Made by a program: the position numbers and the translations under genes
Assembly: GCA_963666345.1 (NCBI GenBank)
Contig: OY762721.1
Coordinates: 1,504,001-1,568,000 of the forward strand
DNA from: Desulfatiglandales bacterium
GTDB taxonomy: Bacteria > Desulfobacterota > DSM-4660 > Desulfatiglandales > Desulfatiglandaceae
Reading direction: 5' to 3'
Length of the DNA: 64,000 bases
Shown here: in pieces, positions 21,551 to 32,727 of the stretch
How positions within the stretch are numbered: the stretch's first letter is position 1
Layout of the letters: the number at the start of each line of letters is the position of its first letter
The notes under the pieces: generated by a model
What the model was told of the DNA's origin: nothing
The model's database searches: none
The model's input: only the letters and a program-made list of their open reading frames with translations

Positions 21551-22726
21551 ATGAAAATCAAAAACAGGGTCTTTATCCTCTGCCTTCTGGTGACATTTTT
21601 TCAGCAGGCCTACTTCTCGGTATTTTTCATGTATCCGGTGATGCTCAGGCAGCAGGGGTACCCTTTTTCCACCATAGGATGGCTTTTAAGCATATTCAGC
21701 ATAGCCGCGACCGCCACCAGGCCGTTTGCCGGGATACTCACGGAAAGGTACGGGTTCAGAAACACCATAATCGCCTCGGCCGGGGCAATGCTTATAACCG
21801 CCATGCCGCTCCTCTTTCTGATTGACAGCTCTCTCATAATGCTGACAAGGCTCCTCATGGGAGTCTCATTCAGTATCTCGATGATCGCTGTTTCCTCATA
21901 TCAGTCTCTTGCCGTGCCGGTTGAAACCAGGGGAAGACTCTTCGGATGGATCGCCACTGCATATGTGCTCCCTCAGGTGTTGCTCCTGCCGGTATGGGAA
22001 TACCAGATAGCCCACGGCCGTTTCATCTCGTATCTGGCCTTCCCTCCACTGCTTGCGATACTGGCGGGGGCCGTCTCTTTTTTTCTTCCAAAGATCTCCA
22101 GGACCGACAGGCAAAAGGCCCGGGCCAGGTCGGCAGACGGGCAGTGGGGCACCTGGAGGGAACTGTTCGCTCTTCCCCCCTTCTGGGTCCTTCAGTTGAC
22201 CGCGTTTGTCTTTGCGTTTTTAAATTCAGCCGCACTTCAATACACACCCGCACTCTTAAACACAATGGGACTCAGCGCAAGCTTCTTCATGGTCTCAAAC
22301 GCCTCAATGGCGATTGCGCTCAGGGTATTCACATCACAGCTCCTTGACAGGATAAACAGAAAGGCGGCCATAGGTTTTGCCGTAATGGTAATGGGGCTGG
22401 GCCTCCAGGCCGTTCTCATGTCGGGCAGCAACTGCGCCCTTATATTCGGGGGGTTTTTTTACGGTATAGGAATGGGATTCGGCTTCCCCATGATACTGGC
22501 GCTCATGCCTGACGTGGTCCCGCCCGGGCTCAGGCCCAAGGGCATCTCGGTCACCTTTCTGGCCATGGACATCGGCTTTATTCTCGCCCCGGTGGTAATT
22601 GGCTATGGAAGCGAGTTTTTGAGGCTGGACAGCATGATGCACATATTCGGCTGGTTTGCAGCCGCCAGCGGCCCCCTGCTCTACTTTGTCTTCTGGAGGC
22701 GCGTCATAAGAGAATCAGAGGCATGA
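21551..22726 (+). CDS. MFS transporter
   Basis: About 12 hydrophobic segments; RPFAGILTERYG, LLDRINRK MFS motifs. Confidence 0.88.
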   Translation: MKIKNRVFILCLLVTFFQQAYFSVFFMYPVMLRQQGYPFSTIGWLLSIFSIAATATRPFAGILTERYGFRNTIIASAGAMLITAMPLLFLIDSSLIMLTRLLMGVSFSISMIAVSSYQSLAVPVETRGRLFGWIATAYVLPQVLLLPVWEYQIAHGRFISYLAFPPLLAILAGAVSFFLPKISRTDRQKARARSADGQWGTWRELFALPPFWVLQLTAFVFAFLNSAALQYTPALLNTMGLSASFFMVSNASMAIALRVFTSQLLDRINRKAAIGFAVMVMGLGLQAVLMSGSNCALIFGGFFYGIGMGFGFPMILALMPDVVPPGLRPKGISVTFLAMDIGFILAPVVIGYGSEFLRLDSMMHIFGWFAAASGPLLYFVFWRRVIRESEA

Positions 22727-22789
22727 GGCATTACCCGGCAGGTGCCTGGTAATGCCTCGATATCTCATATCAACAAGGGGGGTCTCAAC

Positions 22790-23212
22790 TCACGGCTTGT
22801 CGCACGGACCAATGCGCCTTCCGCTTATCTTGTTTTTGACCGTCATTCCCGCGCTCTTTATCACCATATCCATGACCCCTTCCATGGTATCTCCGCTGTA
22901 GGTGATGGTGCCTGTTCCATCCATCTGCCCTCCCTGGCCCGAGCACTTGATCTTCCATGAGACCGTGTCGCCGTCTTCCTTCACGTCAGTCACCTGGCAC
23001 TCGTTGCTGGCCTCCTTGCTCTGCGGCACGAGGTCTTCTTCGGTTATACACTGAACGTGAGTCACGGGAGGCACGCTCATCGGCATGCCCACCATCTCGG
23101 TTTCGGTTGTGATCTCCCATTTTCCCGGGTTCATGTTGGGGCCGGCCATAGCCGTCCCAAAAGACAGAGTGAATGCAAATACCAGGACCAGCGACAAGAA
23201 TCTTTTGACCAT
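22790..23212 (-). CDS. Secreted DUF3617-family protein
   Basis: Signal peptide then PGKWEITT, QCIT, C.V, VSWKIKC, GRRIGPC; start after GGAGG. Confidence 0.75.
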   Translation of the reverse strand: MVKRFLSLVLVFAFTLSFGTAMAGPNMNPGKWEITTETEMVGMPMSVPPVTHVQCITEEDLVPQSKEASNECQVTDVKEDGDTVSWKIKCSGQGGQMDGTGTITYSGDTMEGVMDMVIKSAGMTVKNKISGRRIGPCDKP

Positions 23213-23418
23213 TTCAACCTCCATTTGAACTTTTTTAAAATCGATATTAGAAAAATTCCGGCGCCATTTTAAAGGCAGTGTGTCTTTTATCATTTTCCTC
23301 AACTGCGGTCAATTTGGAATCCGAAAACCGGCCGTCCGGCATTCTGCATATTGCTTTTTTGCAGCAAGACCGGCAGGGGAGATTTTCGTGTCATAAGGGG
23401 ATACCGCGTTTCCCTGAA

Positions 23419-23823
23419 TCAGCCAAGCCATCTTCCCGCATAAAAGGCGAATCCCGAGACGACCGCGCACAAAAATGCCCCCCACGCAATATCCACGGCC
23501 ACGACCGCCCCTGACCAGCCCTTCAGGGTGGCAAGGTTTGTCAGATCGTATGTGGCATAGGTGAAAAAGCCGAAAAGCGCTCCCATGATAAGGGCCCTTA
23601 AGACAGAGCCTTTTTCAAGTGCTGGAAGGACCGCAAAGATGAGGATTCCCACTATATAGACGAGATAAAATATGAGAGCAACTCCCCACCTGACATCGGG
23701 TCTCAGTAGCCCCTCAAGCCTGTTTCTGTAAAACCCTTTTGCCACGACCCCGAGCCAGAGCATATCGATCAGAAAGAATACAGGCACGGTCACAAGATAT
23801 AGTTTCATATAAAAGGTTCCCAT
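23419..23823 (-). CDS. DUF2177-family membrane protein
   Basis: IDMLWLG, YATYDLTNLATL..W...VDIAWG. Confidence 0.88.
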   Translation of the reverse strand: MGTFYMKLYLVTVPVFFLIDMLWLGVVAKGFYRNRLEGLLRPDVRWGVALIFYLVYIVGILIFAVLPALEKGSVLRALIMGALFGFFTYATYDLTNLATLKGWSGAVVAVDIAWGAFLCAVVSGFAFYAGRWLG

Positions 23824-24296
23824 CTGATTTCAGCCAGCCCCCTCTGCTTGTTTAAAATTTGCCGCATCTTTTTGACCCTTTTTCTGTTCATGCCGAAATC
23901 TGAAATGCCTACCCTCGAAGAAGACCTTACATGGATAAGACCTTGTTGAGGCGCAAGCCTGCACTCCAGGTCATCTTGAAACCTGAAGATACTCGTTGAA
24001 AAAGAGGCCCTCAGATACCCTTCATCCATGACCTCAATTCGCCCCCCCATCTCTGAAACGGCACCTTTTACACTCATCCACGCATCTTCAGGCGTACCTG
24101 TCAGATCGAAGGGTCTTACAAAGGATCGGCTCTCAGGCCTTTCGCTGCAGACGCAGTTTGAGGTTTTGGGGCACGGCATAAGCCTGCCCTCTTTGAGCCC
24201 AAGGTCAGGGGCCTTTCTTGACAGAATTGAAAGCACTCCAAGCACGACACAGATCCCAAAGGATATATAAAGTATCATAGAAATGATCTTCTTCAT
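23805..24296 (-). CDS. DUF1499-family protein
   Basis: LMPCP.TSNCVCS, FRFQDDLE, IHVRSSSRVG.SDFGMNRKR. Confidence 0.88.
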   Translation of the reverse strand: MKKIISMILYISFGICVVLGVLSILSRKAPDLGLKEGRLMPCPKTSNCVCSERPESRSFVRPFDLTGTPEDAWMSVKGAVSEMGGRIEVMDEGYLRASFSTSIFRFQDDLECRLAPQQGLIHVRSSSRVGISDFGMNRKRVKKMRQILNKQRGLAEIRWEPFI

Positions 24297-24611
24297 CCGC
24301 CTCCGTCTGACCGGGTGTCTCAAGAAAGGTGATTCCTGATGTGTTACTGAAAGCTGAAAGCTGATAACTGATAGCGTGAGGCCATGACCCCTCCAATCCT
24401 ACGAGCTCTCAGCCGCTTAAATAAGAAGAATCTCTTTAGCCCTGTTTAACAAAAACTAATCCGGAAATAATCCAATCTTATTATGCCATTTTTAATCTCT
24501 TTTGTCATTTAAGGGACTCAATTGACTTCAGACTTGTCTTTAAACGGATAACCCGCTAAGATATATACATATCTTCTCAGGAAAACCTGAACATGTTCAG
24601 CCTTCACCCTC

Positions 24612-26393
24612 TTGCCGTTTCTTCACTTCAACCTTCAGCGGGGATCTAAACTGGAAGAAAGACAGAAATATTATGTAGATGAAAAAAGCCCCTGGTTTCT
24701 GCCTGAGGCAGGCTGGCCTGACGGGGTGCCCAGGAATTTTGACTTCCCCTGCATCACGCTCTATGAGATGCTCTCAGAGAGCGCGAATACGTATCCCGAA
24801 CTTCCTGCCGCATGGTTTCTAGGTTCCTTCATGACTTACGGACGGCTGCTCGAGCGGGTAAAAGCAGCCGCAAGCGGGCTTTACCGCCTGGGAATTAGAA
24901 AGGGGGACGTCCTTGCCCTCATACTTCCAAGCTCCTTTCAATTCTTGGTCCTATATTATGCATGCGCAAGGCTCGGCATAATCGTAACCGGGGTCAACCC
25001 CACCTTAAAGCCGGCTGAGATAGCCTTCCAGCTGAAAAAATTTCCCCGCCTGAGCGTGGCCATTCTTGACGCCCTTTATGAGCCCCTTATCGCCCCCGTA
25101 AGTAAGCGGCTTGATATAAGAAACATTATCTCTACAAACATCGCCGACATGCTTGAGATATCCCCCCTTAAGAAGTGGCTCGGCATGAGGCTAAAAAAAA
25201 TTCCGAAAGGTCGCGTGCCAGAAGAGGCGGTCGCTTTTTTGTCCCTTTTTAAGTCCCCCATTCAAGAGATCGAGGGCCATGTCACCGGGCATGATACGGC
25301 CGCATACCTCATGACGGGCGGAAGCACCGGCACTCCCAAGGCCACGGTCCTTACCCATTTCAACTGCGTTTCAAACGCAATCCAGGTAAGTCTCTGGATC
25401 CGCACAAGGAAGCCCGGGGCCTGCATGGTAGGGGTGATACCCCTGTTTCACTCCTTCGGCATGAGCGCCGTAATGAACGCAACCATATACAGCTCAATGT
25501 GGATGATGCTCTTTCCAAGGCCCCCTGAAACAGATGAGCTCTTAAAAACCATCTGCAGGATCGCACCGGACAACCAGACCTATTTTCCTGGGGTGGAGAT
25601 ACTCTTCAAAAGGATCGCCGAATCTGAGGATCTCGGCAGATACCCGGCAGGCAGAAAGATAAGGGGATGCATATCAGGGGCGGGACCTCTCAGAGAGGAT
25701 GTAAAGCTCAAGTTCGAGGCCAATGTGGGCGCCCCGCTCTTAGAGGGATACGGCCTCACCGAGGCATCCCCTGTGGTCTCCGGGGGCCCCTTAAGCGGGG
25801 TGCATACCACAGGGACCATAGGGCTTCCCCTTACCGGTATGGAGTGGAAAATCATGGATCTTGAAACCTGCACCAGGGAGCTTGGGCCGGGTGAAAGGGG
25901 GGAGCTTGTTATCACCGGCCCGACCATCATGAAGGAATACCTGGACGAGCCTGAGGAGACCGCAGATGCCGTAATGGTAAGGGATCAAAGGCGCTGGCTC
26001 CGCACGGGAGACATAGGCTCCATGGACGAACTGGGAAGGGTGGCGCTTCTGGACCGCAAAAAACAGCTCATAAAGGTCAAGGGCCTCTCAGTCTTTCCCA
26101 GGGAGGTGGAGGAACTGCTTGCCATGAACCGTATGGTGGCGGATGTGGCGGTTGCAGGCGTTCCCGACAAGGAGACAGGAGAGGCGGTAAAGGCATGGGT
26201 GGTGCCCAGGGAGGCTGAAGGCGAAAGTCTTACCAGGGAGGCCCTTATTGACTGGTGCAGGCGCAGCATGTCAAATTACAAGGTACCCGCACATATCGAA
26301 TTCATCGACGAGATTCCCAGAAACAACCTGGGAAAGGTGATGAGAAAAGAACTTGCCCGAAACGACCCCCTGTCCGTGCGCACGAATGCATGA
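24612..26393 (+). CDS. Long-chain fatty acid-CoA ligase (start uncertain)
   Basis: TGGSTGTPK, EGYGLTEASP, WLRTGDIG, VFPREVEE, GKVMRK. Confidence 0.9.
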   Translation: MPFLHFNLQRGSKLEERQKYYVDEKSPWFLPEAGWPDGVPRNFDFPCITLYEMLSESANTYPELPAAWFLGSFMTYGRLLERVKAAASGLYRLGIRKGDVLALILPSSFQFLVLYYACARLGIIVTGVNPTLKPAEIAFQLKKFPRLSVAILDALYEPLIAPVSKRLDIRNIISTNIADMLEISPLKKWLGMRLKKIPKGRVPEEAVAFLSLFKSPIQEIEGHVTGHDTAAYLMTGGSTGTPKATVLTHFNCVSNAIQVSLWIRTRKPGACMVGVIPLFHSFGMSAVMNATIYSSMWMMLFPRPPETDELLKTICRIAPDNQTYFPGVEILFKRIAESEDLGRYPAGRKIRGCISGAGPLREDVKLKFEANVGAPLLEGYGLTEASPVVSGGPLSGVHTTGTIGLPLTGMEWKIMDLETCTRELGPGERGELVITGPTIMKEYLDEPEETADAVMVRDQRRWLRTGDIGSMDELGRVALLDRKKQLIKVKGLSVFPREVEELLAMNRMVADVAVAGVPDKETGEAVKAWVVPREAEGESLTREALIDWCRRSMSNYKVPAHIEFIDEIPRNNLGKVMRKELARNDPLSVRTNA

Positions 26394-26408
26394 TCAAAGA
26401 CCCTCCTT

Positions 26409-27299
26409 TCAGTCGCACCCGGTAAGCTCACTCCTTATTGAGCCTATCTCAAGGTCCTTTTCATGCCAGATCCTGTTTATCCAGCCCGCCACCGACTCAA
26501 AGTCTTCATGGTCTGCTATATCATCAGGGCAATGCTCCCTTACCCTGACAACGACCCTCTTGCATCCGCCGCATAAAAAATTCCAGAAGCTGCACTCATG
26601 GCAGTCGTAGGCAATAGTGACATCAAGTATGGCGCCTATCTCATCGGCCAGAAGTCCCAGGATGATCTGGAGCCCCACCGCTTTGGGCTTCATGAGGTGT
26701 CTGTAGGGGGAACCCTCTCTTTCCGCTTTAAGGGGAGTGAATCTTGTGCCCTCGACCAGGTTCACCACAGTTGCCGGGTGACTCCTGAATTTTTCAAGCG
26801 ATCTTTCGAGCCTGAGAAAATCCCCAGGCATACGGCCTTTGGGAGACTTCATCCCCTTTGCGGACCTTCTCCTCAGAAACGGGTAGTCATAGGCCCAGCA
26901 GATGAGGCCCACCACCGGAAGAAAGATGAGTTCCCTTTTTACAAGGAATTTAAGGACCGGGGCCTTGCGGTTGAATATCTGCTGAAGGATCAGGACGTCG
27001 TTCCAGCTCTGGTGGTTTGCTATAACAAGATAGAATTTTTCAGGGTAAAGCTCCCTTACCCCCTCTACCTCAGCCTTTATGCCTACTAGGCGGCAAAGCA
27101 CAAGGTCGTCACACCAAACTGCAAGCCTGTAGATCCATCCGGTCAGACTTGTAATGAGATCCTGTATCCCCTTTTGAGGAATGATTATCTTAAAGATGGC
27201 AAGGACAAAAAGAGGCACCAGCCAGAAGCAGAGGTTGGCAGTTATCATGAGAAAACAGGCGGCACCCTTTAGATGCCTCATTAGATGGATGATCCTCAC
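26409..27299 (-). CDS. PlsC/YihG-like acyltransferase
   Basis: NHQSWND (HxxxxD), KFLVKREL, EGTRFT, LDVTIAY. Confidence 0.88.
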   Translation of the reverse strand: MRIIHLMRHLKGAACFLMITANLCFWLVPLFVLAIFKIIIPQKGIQDLITSLTGWIYRLAVWCDDLVLCRLVGIKAEVEGVRELYPEKFYLVIANHQSWNDVLILQQIFNRKAPVLKFLVKRELIFLPVVGLICWAYDYPFLRRRSAKGMKSPKGRMPGDFLRLERSLEKFRSHPATVVNLVEGTRFTPLKAEREGSPYRHLMKPKAVGLQIILGLLADEIGAILDVTIAYDCHECSFWNFLCGGCKRVVVRVREHCPDDIADHEDFESVAGWINRIWHEKDLEIGSIRSELTGCD

Positions 27300-27327
27300 C
27301 TTTATGGACCTTTCAGGATTGCTCGGC

Positions 27328-28125
27328 TCAGTCGCCTTCCCCTTTTTTGCGGATCCATGGGATAAAGGCGCTCGTCCTAATTATGTAGTCCCTGTATTCA
27401 GGCCTCCTGTCTGAAATGTCTCGCTCCAGCATGGCCACCCCCGATACCCGCAAAAGCAGATAGGTTATGAGCACAGGGCTTACGATCGACCATATATTTG
27501 AGCCGTCTGCCATTGAGACAAGAAAAATGCCCCACCAGATAAGAGACTCCCCGAAGTAGTTGGGATGCCTTGTATAGGCCCACAGCCCCCTGTCCATGAC
27601 CCTTCCCTTTGAATCGGGATCAGCCTTGAACCGCTTTAGCTGCCAGTCCCCCACCGCCTCAAAAAGCATGCCCGCAGCCCAGACAAGTGAGCCTGCAATA
27701 TCGAGTGCCGCAAATCTTGATGGTGAAGCGGAGATCTGCGCCGCCTGGACCGTGAGGGATATGACCCAGAGTATCACCCCCTGAAGCAGGAACACCTTGA
27801 ACAGGCTTATCCACCAGAAACCCTCCCCGTATTTCTCACGCCATGCCCGGTATCTTCTGTCCTCCCCCTTTCCGATGTTCCTCGTGCCTATATGTATGGC
27901 AAGCCTTGCGCCCCACAGGGTCACGAGCAGGGCCACAAGGAGGGCCCTTCCTGAAAACCCGTCTGAGATGAAAAATGTGACCCAGGAGACAAGGATAAAT
28001 CCCGCGCCCCAGAAGATATCCATAATGCCTGCATCCTTGAGCCTCAGGCTCAACAGCCACACGCATACCATTAACAAAAGGATGACAAGGAGATTCAGGA
28101 GGTAAAAACGCAAAAGATGTTCCAT
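27328..28125 (-). CDS. DUF1295 (steroid 5-alpha-reductase-like) membrane protein
   Basis: [33 protein letters not shown]. Confidence 0.9.
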   Translation of the reverse strand: MEHLLRFYLLNLLVILLLMVCVWLLSLRLKDAGIMDIFWGAGFILVSWVTFFISDGFSGRALLVALLVTLWGARLAIHIGTRNIGKGEDRRYRAWREKYGEGFWWISLFKVFLLQGVILWVISLTVQAAQISASPSRFAALDIAGSLVWAAGMLFEAVGDWQLKRFKADPDSKGRVMDRGLWAYTRHPNYFGESLIWWGIFLVSMADGSNIWSIVSPVLITYLLLRVSGVAMLERDISDRRPEYRDYIIRTSAFIPWIRKKGEGD

Positions 28126-28165
28126 GATGACTCCCCCGATTCTGTAAGGGTGGTTTACACCGTGA

Positions 28166-29566
28166 CTATGCCTTATAAGGCCCTTTTCTGTCCAGCGGAT
28201 CTGCCGCGGCACCTCCTTTTTCCTTCTGTCTCACCGCCTGCCTGATCCTTTCATGCATTTTTCTGTCTATCGGGTAGGCAAGTGCGATCAAAAGGGCCGC
28301 CATGTTGCAGGCCGAAGGTACCAGTGCATAGAGCACCCTCAAGGAAAAGACCACTCCCTCGGACTGCTCCACATTGGGGCTGTAGCCTGACACCCCCAGT
28401 ATCGAAAGGGCTGTCCCCACCCCGAGTGCGGCGGCAAGTTTTTTTGCCACGGACCAGATCCCTATATACTGCCCCTCACGTCTTTTTCCGGTCAGAAACT
28501 CGTCATAATCGATCACGTCCGCCTGCATGGCAGAGGGGATGGCAAGGGTTGCGCCGAAGCCGATGCCTGAGATAAATACCAGCCCCCCGTAGATCATTTC
28601 ATCCCCCGGCCCCAGGAAAAAGACCCAGATAAATGCGCCGGTGTTGAGTGCCATGGATGAAATCCAGGTGTATTTCTTGCCCATCCTCTTTGAGAGAAGG
28701 ACCCATCCGGGAAGAAACAGGATGCCTGTCACAAAATATACCACAAGGAAGAGATCCGCGCCTTCCGATCCAAGCACATACTCCACATAATAAAGGATAA
28801 GGGTCGCTGGAAGGTTGCTTCCAAAGGCCGCTACCGTGTAGGAGACAAGCAGTATCACAAAGGGCCTGTTTTTGAGGCAGAGGCGTATGCCGCTCAGGAT
28901 ACCCGCCTCTGGCCTGCGTACGATGTCCCTCTCCCTTATGGCCAGCACGCACCACCAGCACATGCCTATGACAAGCGGGGAATAGATGACAGATATCCAG
29001 AAGAACTTGGCCCTCTCAGCCTCGGCTCCTTCAGGCATGGAAAGAAGGGCCGATACAATGAGGGGGGAACTGGCCGCAACGAGCGTGCCTGCGATAAGTG
29101 CCCCGTCCCTCATACCGAAAAGCACGGTCCTTTCGTTATAGTCAAAAGAGATCTCAGGGCCGAGCGATTCATACGGGACAGTGACCACGGTCCATAAAAA
29201 AAAGAGAAAGAAGATGCACAGACCGAACCATACGGTCTCAAATCCGGGGCCTGCATCAGGCGGGTTGAAAAGCAGGAGTATAGCGAGTGCAAGAACGATT
29301 GAGCCTGCCGCCATGTAAGGCCTTCTGCGTCCGAACCTGGTCACCGTCCTGTCTGAAAAGACACCTATGAGCGGGTCGGTGACCGCGTCAAACAGACGTA
29401 CAGCAAGAAGCAGAAAGCCCAGTACCCCGATGTGTATACCCACCACGTCGGTGTAGAACTTGGGTATATAGACATATACGGGGATCCCCACCACGGCAAG
29501 GGCGAATGCGGGGGCAGCATAGGCGCCTTTCTTGATCAGGGATACGCGGGGTCCTTCACTGTTCAT
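28166..29566 (-). CDS. GPH-family (MelB-like) MFS symporter
   Basis: [39 protein letters not shown]. Confidence 0.9.
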   Translation of the reverse strand: MNSEGPRVSLIKKGAYAAPAFALAVVGIPVYVYIPKFYTDVVGIHIGVLGFLLLAVRLFDAVTDPLIGVFSDRTVTRFGRRRPYMAAGSIVLALAILLLFNPPDAGPGFETVWFGLCIFFLFFLWTVVTVPYESLGPEISFDYNERTVLFGMRDGALIAGTLVAASSPLIVSALLSMPEGAEAERAKFFWISVIYSPLVIGMCWWCVLAIRERDIVRRPEAGILSGIRLCLKNRPFVILLVSYTVAAFGSNLPATLILYYVEYVLGSEGADLFLVVYFVTGILFLPGWVLLSKRMGKKYTWISSMALNTGAFIWVFFLGPGDEMIYGGLVFISGIGFGATLAIPSAMQADVIDYDEFLTGKRREGQYIGIWSVAKKLAAALGVGTALSILGVSGYSPNVEQSEGVVFSLRVLYALVPSACNMAALLIALAYPIDRKMHERIRQAVRQKEKGGAAADPLDRKGPYKA

Positions 29567-29833
29567 TTTTCCTTACCCTCTCGAATCACAACCTTTTACC
29601 TCTATTGTTCATCAGGCCTGCCCCAGGCTGCCGGCAGGAGACGACCCTGTACAATGTTTGCCGATATTTTAACCCTTGACAATAAAAATATTGAAAAATA
29701 CAAGTCTGACTCCGAAAAATTAATATTCCATGATCATCCCCGATCCGATTTCTGTTTTTCACTCGGACCCCTGGACCCTGAGACCCTTTTACCAGTTGGT
29801 CCATATATCAAAAGATCTGAAAAGGAGCGAAAA

Positions 29834-31204
29834 ATGATGGACAAGGAAACAAGGAGCCATATGCTGGCAAACGAGCAGATCGGAAGGCTCCTGACTATAC
29901 TCTCGGTTCCAGCAATCATCGGTATGATGGTCCATGCCCTCTATAACATAATAGATGCCGTATTTGTGGGAAGATACACCGGCACCCTCGGCATAGGCGG
30001 AGTCTCCATAGCCTTTCCCCTCCAGCTCATCTTCATATCAACCGGTGTTGCAATAGGTACGGGAGGCGCTTCCATCATATCCAGGAGGCTGGGTGAGAAC
30101 AACCGGTCAGGCGCTTCTCTCGCACTCGGAAACATGTTCATCACATCTCTTTTAGTAGGCATCACCGGCCTTATCCTAGGCCTTATCTTCAGACTCCCCC
30201 TGCTGAGGCTCTTCGGTGCAACCGACGCGCTCATGCCTTATGCCGAGGCCTACTTCGTGATCATACTCCTCGGCGCCCCGCTCATGACCTTTCCGGTCGC
30301 CATAAACGCGGCTGCCAGGGCGGAGGGAAACACCCGCGTTGCCATGAACTCCATGGTGATCGGCGCGATCCTGAATATCATCATGGATTATCTCTTTATC
30401 GTCCGCCTGGGCATGGGAGTCAAGGGAGCCGCCCTTGCAACCGTCTTTTCCATGGGGCTTTCAGCCATCTACATCCTGAGCTACTTTATGAGGGGGAAAA
30501 GCGAGCTTTCCTTTAAACCCGCCCATATGCGCCCTGACCTGCCCACCATAAGGGAGACCTTTGCCGTGGGCTCATCAGAGCTTGCCCGTATGGCAGCCGG
30601 AAGTCTCACCTTTGCAGTCTTCAACAACATCCTCCGCTCTTTCGGTGGAGAGATTTCCATTGCGGCGTTCGGCATTCTCTTCAGGATCATGAGCTTCGCG
30701 TTCCTCCCAATGGTAGGGATAGCCCAGGGGGTCCAGCCGATAATGGGATTCAATTACGGGGCAAAGATGTTTTCAAGGGTGAGAAAGGGGCTAAAGCTGG
30801 CCAATGTAAGCTCTGCCTCAGTATCCCTTGCAGGGCTCATCTGTTTTTCCCTGTTTCCATGTCAGGTCTTCGGGATCTTCACCACCGAAAAGGCCCTCAT
30901 AGAAATCGGCAGCAGGGGGCTTACGATCCTGGCGCTCGGCCTTCCCCTTATAGGCTATCAGGTCGTAGGTATAAGTCTGTTCCAGGCCCTTGGAAAATCA
31001 AGGCCCGCGTTTATTCTAAGCGTCATGCGGCAGGTCATTTTCACGATCCCCCTGGTATTTGTCCTGCCTCCCCTCCTCGGGCTCACCGGCGTATGGCTCG
31101 CCTTTCCCGCAGGCGACGTCGTCGCCTTCATGATTACCGTTTTCATGGTCAGGATCGCAATAAGGGAGCTGCCGCTTTCACACAATTCACAAATCAGGAT
31201 GTGA
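29834..31204 (+). CDS. MATE efflux transporter
   Basis: LYNIIDAVFVG, RAEGN, NIIMD, GVKGAALAT, QPIMGFNYGA; start after AAGGAG. Confidence 0.92.
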   Translation: MMDKETRSHMLANEQIGRLLTILSVPAIIGMMVHALYNIIDAVFVGRYTGTLGIGGVSIAFPLQLIFISTGVAIGTGGASIISRRLGENNRSGASLALGNMFITSLLVGITGLILGLIFRLPLLRLFGATDALMPYAEAYFVIILLGAPLMTFPVAINAAARAEGNTRVAMNSMVIGAILNIIMDYLFIVRLGMGVKGAALATVFSMGLSAIYILSYFMRGKSELSFKPAHMRPDLPTIRETFAVGSSELARMAAGSLTFAVFNNILRSFGGEISIAAFGILFRIMSFAFLPMVGIAQGVQPIMGFNYGAKMFSRVRKGLKLANVSSASVSLAGLICFSLFPCQVFGIFTTEKALIEIGSRGLTILALGLPLIGYQVVGISLFQALGKSRPAFILSVMRQVIFTIPLVFVLPPLLGLTGVWLAFPAGDVVAFMITVFMVRIAIRELPLSHNSQIRM

Positions 31205-31946
31205 CGCCGCTATGTCGATGACAAATACGAAAAACTGACCCAACTTGCTTATCCATTGGTTCAGTGAGCGATGGTCATTTCTCATCCCCGGTTTGCCCTC
31301 TTTTTCGGCCAGGGGCCGACATGGCTCCTTTTCACCGGCTTGTAGCCTTCGGGCGGTTCAAATAGCTTCGAGGCCCAGACCTTTTCAGACTTCCTCCTCT
31401 TTCCAATGGTCTTTCTCTGCTGGCTCTTTTTCCCTATCGAACAACTCCCGGCCCTTCTTGCCCTGTTCTGCATGCTGCTTTTTGCTGCAAGCCTCAGACA
31501 CATAATGCGAAAGCGGATCCTTTGACCCGCATGTGTTTCCCGCCCTTCAACTTGACTGCAGACCAGGCACCACTTCACAAAACAGTGGCCGGCATGGAAC
31601 TCCAACCTTTGACTTGACAACAATAATAGTTTGAGTTAAAGATATTTTAATTTTAATTGTTGCAGACAGCAAAAGAACCAATAAAAATAATATGAGCTGA
31701 TACTGCTGTCTGCGCTTTTCCTTCTTTAAATGCCATATCTCTTCCAAAGAGGTTCAGGAGACAAGGGTCCCAATCTCCCCCAGATTTCAGCACTTCACCG
31801 GCTGGGATAGCAGAAAGAGAGGTCTGCCGATTTTCAGGATTTAAGAGGCCTTTGCTCCCGAGATCATGGCATATACATACCCGGAGTTTTCTGGACCGGA
31901 GCCGCTTCAACCAAATACCGTGGTCCGCAAAAAAGGAGTCTTAAAC

Positions 31947-32708
31947 ATGGAAAAAAGGACATTCAGTGTGAAGATACCGGAAGTTGACAAAGTCGAGCAG
32001 GGCCGTGAGCAATTCATCGTGGAATATGAGGGGCATGAAGAAACGATCCTGGCGCATGATTACGATTCCATATACAGGGTCCCCGGCCTGTATGAATATC
32101 TCTTCTATGAAAACTACAAGTGCAGCTCCCCCGGTGTGATCAGTTCCATGCTTGAGCAGGTGGTCGAGGACTCCTCAATGGAGATGAGCGATCTCACGGT
32201 GCTGGATGTTGGCGCGGGTAACGGGATGGTGGGAGAAAAACTCAAAGATGCCGGCACCGGGTCTCTCCTTGGAATCGATATTATTGAAGAGGCGGCTGAA
32301 GCGGCCGAAAGAGACCGTCCCGGAGTCTATAAAGAATACTTTGTAGAGGACCTGATCGAGCTTCCCGAGGATGTGGAAAAAAAGATAGAACAGGCCGAAC
32401 CCAACTGTATGACGGTAGTGGCGGCCCTCGGTTTTGACGACATGCCGCCTGGGGCGTTTGTCGCCGGTTACAATCTCATCACGACCCCCGGCTGGATCGC
32501 CTTCAATATCAAGGATCAATTTCTCACAGACAATGACACCTCCGGTTTTTCCCGACTGATAAACAGGATAACCTCCGAAGGGTTGTTCGAACCAAGGGCC
32601 AGGAGGCGCTATCTGCACCGCTATTGCCAGGACTTCACACCCCTTCACTACTACGCCATCGTGGGGAAGAAGACAGATGATATCCCCTCTGACTGGGCCG
32701 AATGCTGA
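31947..32708 (+). CDS. Class I SAM-dependent methyltransferase
   Basis: VLDVGAGNG, GIDI; start after AAGGAG; upstream of MttB-family gene. Confidence 0.8.
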   Translation: MEKRTFSVKIPEVDKVEQGREQFIVEYEGHEETILAHDYDSIYRVPGLYEYLFYENYKCSSPGVISSMLEQVVEDSSMEMSDLTVLDVGAGNGMVGEKLKDAGTGSLLGIDIIEEAAEAAERDRPGVYKEYFVEDLIELPEDVEKKIEQAEPNCMTVVAALGFDDMPPGAFVAGYNLITTPGWIAFNIKDQFLTDNDTSGFSRLINRITSEGLFEPRARRRYLHRYCQDFTPLHYYAIVGKKTDDIPSDWAEC

Positions 32709-32727
32709 AAACTGAAAGGAGAATGCC

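Noticed and set aside
31735..31825. SAM-I or cobalamin riboswitch upstream of the methyltransferase operon
   Set aside because: Only superficial CTCTT...AAGAG pairing; core motifs not found. The GCAGACAGCA/TGCTGTCTGC inverted repeat near 31662-31713 alone is insufficient.
31245..31910. Short ORFs between MATE and methyltransferase genes
   Set aside because: No clear RBS or motif support; mutually overlapping; treated as intergenic.
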